A program made the position numbers and the translations under genes. Below are positions 6,235 to 10,608 of a DNA stretch of 10,608 nucleotides, piece by piece. The stretch lies in NCBI GenBank assembly GCA_937968065.1, contig CALBUD010000038.1:1-10608 (forward strand), given 5' to 3'. The notes under the pieces are model-generated. The model saw nothing but the letters and a program-made list of their open reading frames with translations, ran no database searches and was not told the origin of the DNA. Numbering within the stretch: position 1 is the stretch's first letter; each line of letters begins with the position of its first letter. The stretch comes from Candidatus Iainarchaeum sp. (lineage in GTDB: Archaea > Iainarchaeota > Iainarchaeia > Iainarchaeales > CSSED10-239).

Positions 6235-6802
6235 AACTAGTTTTTATAAGAGAATCTTTTAAAATTTTATATGCTTCACTTGAAGAGATGTCAGAAAAAC
6301 TCTTTCCAGAAGACTTTAAAAATTCTTGATAATATTTTCTAAGTTTTGAAGGATCAATTGAACTATTTCTTGACAAACCAGTAAGATTTGTTTTTTGATT
6401 ATTATTTAAAATGCCATATAATTTTTTATAGATTATTTCTTCTTGTCTTGTAGCTCTTGCATTTATTCTTTCAGAATTGGTTTTCATGATAAGAAGAGAT
6501 TTAGTTTCTTGTAATTCATTTAATTTTTTAGATAAACTTGCTATATCTTCTTTTCTTTTTCTTGCTTCTACTTCATTTCTTGGTTTTTTCTTAAATACTT
6601 CATAAATTTTAGTTTGTATTTTTTTTCTTTCTAATTGATAATTTGCTAGTATTTTTTGTAATTTAGGGTTTAAGAAAATATTTGCTTTTTCCATTGGATA
6701 ATTTCCTTTTCTATCACTTACATTAATGTTTGTTGTTCTTTTAACACCAAAAGCTTCTCTTTTTTCTTTAAATGTTTTTGATTTTTTTTTAAATATTGGC
6801 AT
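6233..6802 (-). CDS. Hypothetical basic, Lys/Arg-rich, largely helical protein (189 aa), no recognisable family
   Basis: Long ORF in the same orientation as the neighbouring minus-strand genes, with a partial SD (AGGT) about 9 nt upstream of the ATG. The central EVFKKKPRNEVEARKRKEDIASLSKKLNELQETKSL looks like coiled coil. There is no signal peptide or TM segment. I recognise no motif. Confidence 0.6.
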   Translation of the reverse strand: MPIFKKKSKTFKEKREAFGVKRTTNINVSDRKGNYPMEKANIFLNPKLQKILANYQLERKKIQTKIYEVFKKKPRNEVEARKRKEDIASLSKKLNELQETKSLLIMKTNSERINARATRQEEIIYKKLYGILNNNQKTNLTGLSRNSSIDPSKLRKYYQEFLKSSGKSFSDISSSEAYKILKDSLIKTS

Positions 6803-6897
6803 GTTTTATTACCTTTTATAAATATTTTTAATTATTAATAATTAAATAGTAAATAATTATATTTAAAAAAGTATAAGTTATCTTTTAAAAAATATTT

Positions 6898-7155
6898 TCA
6901 TTTTCCAGCTATCTTTTTTTTATAACTTTTAATTAATTTTACTTTTTTTTCTTCTAAAATTTTTATTTGAGCTTTTATTCTTTCTTTTTGTATGATATCG
7001 TGTGCTTTCATGCCTTTTAAAGTTGATAGAACATTATCTATTTTTTTAAGAGAAGCTGTATATTTATCTTTTACCTTTTGTTTTAAAGGAGAAGCTGGTT
7101 TTTTTACAGGCTTAATTGATTTTTTTGCAGATTTCATTGGTTTTTTTGCTGGCAT
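6898..7155 (-). CDS. Small lysine-rich basic protein (85 aa) with histone-H1-tail-like N-terminus and helical C-terminus; start revised from track
   Basis: The track starts at GTG 7167, but that GTG is the core of a perfect GGAGGTGA Shine-Dalgarno (7171..7164). ATG 7155 lies 8 nt downstream of it and gives MPAKKPMKSAKKSIKPVKKPASPLKQKVKDKYTASLKKIDNVLSTLKGMKAHDIIQKERIKAQIKILEEKKVKLIKSYKKKIAGK. The gene begins 23 nt after the upstream gene ends, suggesting an operon. Confidence 0.6.
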   Translation of the reverse strand: MPAKKPMKSAKKSIKPVKKPASPLKQKVKDKYTASLKKIDNVLSTLKGMKAHDIIQKERIKAQIKILEEKKVKLIKSYKKKIAGK

Positions 7156-7163
7156 ATTTTTTC

Positions 7164-7171
7164 TCACCTCC
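7164..7171 (-). promoter_or_regulatory. Shine-Dalgarno GGAGGTGA for the 85-aa lysine-rich gene
   Basis: The reverse complement of 7164..7171 is GGAGGTGA, the complement of the archaeal/bacterial 16S rRNA 3' end, 8 nt upstream of ATG 7155. Related GGTGA/GGTG sites precede the rpa (2708..2705), DUF5652-like (7390..7386) and S-layer (10308..10304) starts. Confidence 0.65.
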
Positions 7172-7178
7172 TAGATAT

Positions 7179-7376
7179 TTATTTTTTTTTCTTTTTGTTT
7201 TTTGAAAAGAAATAAATATAGATTATTGGTAAAATACCTAAAGTATTAAAAATAAAAATACATATAAACCAAGAAAGATGATTATTTTTTCCTGCTTTCC
7301 ATAAACCAATTCCTTTCCAAATCATTTCCCAGATCATTATAGGTATTAACCATAATAAAATTGTTAGTTCACTCAT
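7179..7376 (-). CDS. Small two-TM, Trp-rich membrane peptide, DUF5652-like, with poly-Lys tail
   Basis: 65 aa: MSELTILLWLIPIMIWEMIWKGIGLWKAGKNNHLSWFICIFIFNTLGILPIIYIYFFSKNKKKKK. The pattern W(D/E)xIWKGIxLWKAxxNxxxxWFxxxxxxNTxGILPIIY matches my memory of the DUF5652 family, common in CPR bacteria and DPANN archaea. GGTGA SD at 7390..7386, 9 nt upstream. The gene starts 23 nt after the upstream gene stop. Confidence 0.6.
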   Translation of the reverse strand: MSELTILLWLIPIMIWEMIWKGIGLWKAGKNNHLSWFICIFIFNTLGILPIIYIYFFSKNKKKKK

Positions 7377-7399
7377 ATTCTCATATCACCTTATTTTTT

Positions 7400-7738
7400 T
7401 TATGTGCAAATAATTTCTATGCAGTTGTTACAAGTTAAATTTCCTGAACAAGAAGTACCAGATGGAAAAATAGGACCATTCGTATCACAAGCCTCTCCAG
7501 GACTTAAAATTCCATCTCCACAAACAGCTAAAGTATGTGCAGGAATAGAAACATTTTCTTTATTTATTAAAGAAGAGCCTGAATCAACCTCTTTTTCTAA
7601 AGCCTCTGTTGCTCTCCCTATATTTTTTGAAGTTGTAGATAAATAAAAAATTGCAAAAATAATTGTTCCTATGATAATTATACCTATAATAATTACAAGT
7701 TCAATTGAAAGTTGTGCTTTTTGATTTTTTATAAACAT
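7400..7738 (-). CDS. Class III signal-peptide (archaeal type IV prepilin-like, DUF361-type) protein with C-terminal six-cysteine module
   Basis: 112 aa. The N-terminus MFIKNQKA|QLSIELVIIIGIIIIGTIIFAIFYL has a short basic leader. K-A followed by Q is the expected PibD/FlaK-type cleavage site. Q-x-S-x-E follows with Glu at +5, then about 20 hydrophobic residues. The C-terminus is CGDGILSPGEACDTNGPIFPSGTSCSGNLTCNNCIEIICT (Cys73, 84, 97, 103, 106, 111). Confidence 0.7.
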   Translation of the reverse strand: MFIKNQKAQLSIELVIIIGIIIIGTIIFAIFYLSTTSKNIGRATEALEKEVDSGSSLINKENVSIPAHTLAVCGDGILSPGEACDTNGPIFPSGTSCSGNLTCNNCIEIICT

Positions 7739-7843
7739 TTTTTTTCATTTTTTATTTAATATATATTTATTATGATATATTAATTTAAAAAAGTAATGTT
7801 TATTTTAAAAAAAAGAAATTGATAAATAGAGTTTATTAAAAAT

Positions 7844-7868
7844 AAAAAAAAAGAAAAAAAAGAAAAAA
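7844..7868 (-). terminator. Strong oligo-T terminator region downstream of the S-layer gene
   Basis: On the minus strand, T6 (7868..7863), T8 (7861..7854) and T9 (7852..7844) follow one another starting 20 nt after stop 7890..7888. This is the densest T-run cluster in the window and fits termination of a highly expressed gene. Confidence 0.55.
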
Positions 7869-7887
7869 TAAAAGTTTATGAAACTAC

Positions 7888-10296
7888 TTACATAGTTTCA
7901 ATAACGTTTATTAAATCTTTAGCAGCGTTAGCTGTGTCTGCAGCATTCCAACCAGCAACAATTACGTTACCGTTTGCCATAGCACCAACAACATATTGTC
8001 CTGTTTCTGTTAAGTATTCGTTTGTAACACCTTCAGCTAATACATTAACTAAGTGTCCACCAACAATTACTTTGGGACCTGTTGGAAGCATTGATTCGTT
8101 ATCTAAATACACGATTCTTTGTGTATTTGCATTCCAGTTAGCTGGAATAATAACATCTCCTGATGCTCCGCCAGTTACATTTGCTGATACTAATTTAGCA
8201 GTGATTCCGCTTTTTGTTTCTGTTTGTCCTGTTTCTGTGAAAACAAATGATTCTGAATTATCTTCTGATAATACAGTCATTTCTCCACCCATGAACATTT
8301 GAAGATATAATATAGAGTTAGGTACTTCAAACATTGCTTTAGAACTGTCGAATGAAACTTTAGAACCAAATCTTGTATAAGCCCAGTCCATATCGTCTGT
8401 TTCAACGTCGTCTAAATACCAGTTACCATTAGTGAAGTCATCTGTATCTAAAGTAAATTCATGGACTACTTTTCTAAAGTCTCCGTAATACTTTGTAGAA
8501 CTACCGTAATCTCCTCTTCTAGCAATATCTTGGGTATATGGATCAACGAAAACATATGTTTCATCTCCAGTATCTTCAACAACTAAGAACACTGTATGCC
8601 AATCACTTCCTGATGTTGCATTACCATCGAAATGAGGTTGTGTTAAATTACCATCAACTGATTCGAAAGTTCCTAAGAATTCCCATGTAGCACCTGAACT
8701 TTTTCCAATATCATATTGTGTTGTACCAGCTAATGCCATTGAAAGTCCTTTTGTTTCAGTAAAGTAATAATTTACATCTACACCTGATGATGTTTCAAGA
8801 GTTTCATAGTTAGGAAGTGCGAATGCAGCGATATACTCACTTGTATCTGTAGTTCCTTTGTAAACAGTTAAATTTCCACCATCTACTTCAAAGTAATAAT
8901 CTCTTCCACCTACATCTATTGTAGATTTATCAAGATTCTCTTCGTACATAGGAACAGAAACAAGTCTTCCTTTTTCATCATGCCATGTAACTTTGTTATC
9001 ACCGAAATGTACTTCAGATACTGGTGTTTCTGTTGTAAGACCAAGGAATTCTATATAACCAAGACCTAATGGTAATTGGATTTTATCTCCAACTGCAAGA
9101 CCAGCATCATTAACTGAGAAGTCTTCTCTATGCCATCTAGCGTCTTTGTTTGCAACTTGAACATAATTGATTGCGTTATTTGCATCGTAATCAAAAGTAA
9201 CTGTCCATAAATCCTTAGTTCCTGATTTATAACCTGGTAATACTTTGTTATTTTCTAATTCAAGTAAAGAACCAGTTCCAACACTTAATTCAGCTATATC
9301 AACATTTACAGTACTTGTATCATCGTATACTTGTACAACTGAGATTGAATCTGCAAGAGTATATCCTGGGAATTCAACAGTATCGTTTTCAGCAAATAAT
9401 TGTGTGCTTAAAACAGTTCCGTTTTGTAATAACTTAAGTTGTATTACTAAATCTCCACTAGATTGATATGCATTTCCAATTTCAACAGAATAGCTTTCAT
9501 CATTTGAACCCATTACACTGATTGTGGAACCTGTTGTGTAAGCTTGTCTTCCACCAGAACCAACTAATGTTATTTTATTTTGAGAAACAGATTGTACATC
9601 ATATTTTTCACCCATGAAATACATTTCAAGTGAAGAACCTGTTCCGAAATAAACACCGTTTGTGTTAGTTGCTGATGCAACACTGTAAGCTAATGGATCT
9701 GTAAAAGTAGCTCTGTATTCTATTTCTCCTGTGTTGATTAAAGCAATTAAGTCTTGTACTTTTCTATCTGTAGAAAACATTGCTTCTCCGTTAAGAGTAA
9801 GAGTTTCAACTATACTATTTTCATAGCTAGTCTCTCCAACAAGCTTTCCTTTTATATCTCCATCAAATAACTTATTATAGCTAAAATAATCAAGATCTAT
9901 ATTGAAAGCATCACCTGTATCTATGTCAATATCTATGATATCATCAACGTCACCAGAACCAACAGCAACTGATGCTGAAGAACTAGGCATACCAACATCT
10001 ACAGTAACATCTTGAAGAGCTCCACCTGTAACAGAATCTCCTATTGAGGTATATGCTTTTTTACCAATAGCAGCAGCAATATTACCTGCCCAAACAACAT
10101 CTATTGGTTGTGCCATAGAACCAACTATAACACTTACAGCAGGAACACCACTTGCATTGAACATTGAATCCTTTGTGATATCCAAACTGAAATCATCGCC
10201 ACCAACGTTAGCAGCAACTACAGATCCTGCAAGTAAAGCAGACAATCCAAGCGCAGCTACACCAGCTACGATTTTTTTTGTATTTATGTTTTTCAT
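7888..10296 (-). CDS. S-layer (surface-layer) protein, Methanococcales-type S_layer_N / S_layer_C architecture, Sec signal peptide
   Basis: 802 aa. The signal peptide is MKNINTKKIVAGVAALGLSALLAGSVVAANV. The N-terminal block VPAVSVIVGSMAQPIDVVWAGNIAAAIGKKAY resembles the methanococcal S-layer N-domain as I recall it (...VVVGADAPSTMDVVSAADIAAKIG...). The C-terminal block KVIVGGHLVNVLAEG...NVIVAGWNAADTANAAKDLINVIETM resembles the S-layer C-domain (...LVGGP.AN.L...vVAG..a.DT..AA..L). The protein is acidic, Thr/Ser/Gly/Val-rich and has no cysteine. It has 8 N-x-S/T sequons by my count. GGTGA SD at 10308..10304. Its base composition is visibly less AT-rich than its neighbours. Confidence 0.8.
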   Translation of the reverse strand: MKNINTKKIVAGVAALGLSALLAGSVVAANVGGDDFSLDITKDSMFNASGVPAVSVIVGSMAQPIDVVWAGNIAAAIGKKAYTSIGDSVTGGALQDVTVDVGMPSSSASVAVGSGDVDDIIDIDIDTGDAFNIDLDYFSYNKLFDGDIKGKLVGETSYENSIVETLTLNGEAMFSTDRKVQDLIALINTGEIEYRATFTDPLAYSVASATNTNGVYFGTGSSLEMYFMGEKYDVQSVSQNKITLVGSGGRQAYTTGSTISVMGSNDESYSVEIGNAYQSSGDLVIQLKLLQNGTVLSTQLFAENDTVEFPGYTLADSISVVQVYDDTSTVNVDIAELSVGTGSLLELENNKVLPGYKSGTKDLWTVTFDYDANNAINYVQVANKDARWHREDFSVNDAGLAVGDKIQLPLGLGYIEFLGLTTETPVSEVHFGDNKVTWHDEKGRLVSVPMYEENLDKSTIDVGGRDYYFEVDGGNLTVYKGTTDTSEYIAAFALPNYETLETSSGVDVNYYFTETKGLSMALAGTTQYDIGKSSGATWEFLGTFESVDGNLTQPHFDGNATSGSDWHTVFLVVEDTGDETYVFVDPYTQDIARRGDYGSSTKYYGDFRKVVHEFTLDTDDFTNGNWYLDDVETDDMDWAYTRFGSKVSFDSSKAMFEVPNSILYLQMFMGGEMTVLSEDNSESFVFTETGQTETKSGITAKLVSANVTGGASGDVIIPANWNANTQRIVYLDNESMLPTGPKVIVGGHLVNVLAEGVTNEYLTETGQYVVGAMANGNVIVAGWNAADTANAAKDLINVIETM

Positions 10297-10608
10297 TTTT
10301 TATTCACCTTTTTTTTTTGTTTTTTTATATAAAACAAAGACTGAACCTGTTTTTTTATTTAATTTATTTTTAACAAAAAAATAATGTTAAAAAAGACAAC
10401 AGATTCAAAACTACCAATATCTACACCTACTTAAAAAATCAAAGGCAGATTTTTAGATACTGATGTCTTCTGTAAGATAATTAAAGAGCAGTTTTGTTTA
10501 AAAACCTATCTTTTTTAGAAAATAAACGAAAGGCTTTTAAAGCAATATTCTTAAAAAATAACTGTTAATTTTAACAAATAAATGCCTGTTTATTTTCATT
10601 AAAATTAG

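Noticed and set aside
6992-7646. + strand ORFs 6992..7174 and 7404..7646
   Set aside because: They lie antisense to the Lys-rich gene and the prepilin-like gene respectively. The sense genes have SD sites and coherent features such as a class III signal peptide, while these ORFs have neither.
7888-10296. S-layer gene as a horizontally acquired compositional island (visibly higher G+C than flanks)
   Set aside because: The shift coincides exactly with one CDS encoding a Gly/Ala/Val/Thr/Asp-rich protein that is probably highly expressed. Amino-acid composition and codon bias explain it more simply than transfer. No integrase, tRNA or flanking repeats are present.
7934-10384. + strand ORFs 7934..8302, 9245..9466 and 10157..10384
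   Set aside because: They lie antisense within the S-layer CDS, or overlap its start. The S-layer frame is open for 802 codons and has a signal peptide and conserved terminal blocks.
10297-10608. 312-bp non-coding stretch upstream of the S-layer gene as an ncRNA or tRNA locus
   Set aside because: I could fold no tRNA-like cloverleaf or convincing G+C-supported stems by eye. The only ORF is a 16-codon ATG ORF at 10384. The stretch most likely holds the S-layer promoter and 5' UTR, plus the tail of a neighbouring gene entering from the right edge, which is too short to call.

Overview
Strongly AT-rich, gene-dense window. From gene content it reads as a chromosomal segment of a small-genome archaeon, probably DPANN-like; this is inference, with no marker gene present. 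Supporting signs are an RPA41-type ssDNA-binding protein with a zinc ribbon, a FlaI/PilB-type secretion ATPase, a class III (prepilin-like) signal-peptide protein, a Methanococcales-type S-layer protein, GGTGA Shine-Dalgarno sites, oligo-T terminators and standard stop codons. Left to right: (1) a Wzx-like flippase on the minus strand running off the left edge, missing from the ORF track and found by manual translation; (2) replication factor A (RPA); (3) a 251-bp divergent intergenic region with two identical 26-bp repeats, each a CTTACG-N6-CGTAAG palindrome; (4) a 770-aa type IV pilus/archaellum-family ATPase with a Cys-rich N-terminal extension and no PilC/FlaJ partner nearby; (5) a PIN (DUF3368-like) toxin plus RHH-UPF0175-like antitoxin pair in reversed gene order; (6) a minus-strand block next to the S-layer gene: a small prepilin-like protein ending in a six-cysteine CGDG...GEACD module, a 2-TM Trp-rich DUF5652-like peptide, an 85-aa lysine-rich H1-tail-like protein and a 189-aa basic orphan; (7) an 802-aa acidic, cysteine-free S-layer protein. 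I found no rRNA, tRNA, CRISPR array, transposase or integrase. The best candidates for something undescribed are the pilin-like/DUF5652/Lys-rich cassette, the palindromic operator-like repeats (a 13-nt half-site recurs upstream of the toxin operon), and the atypical ATPase N-terminus. All homology statements come from motif recognition by eye and need HMM or structure searches.
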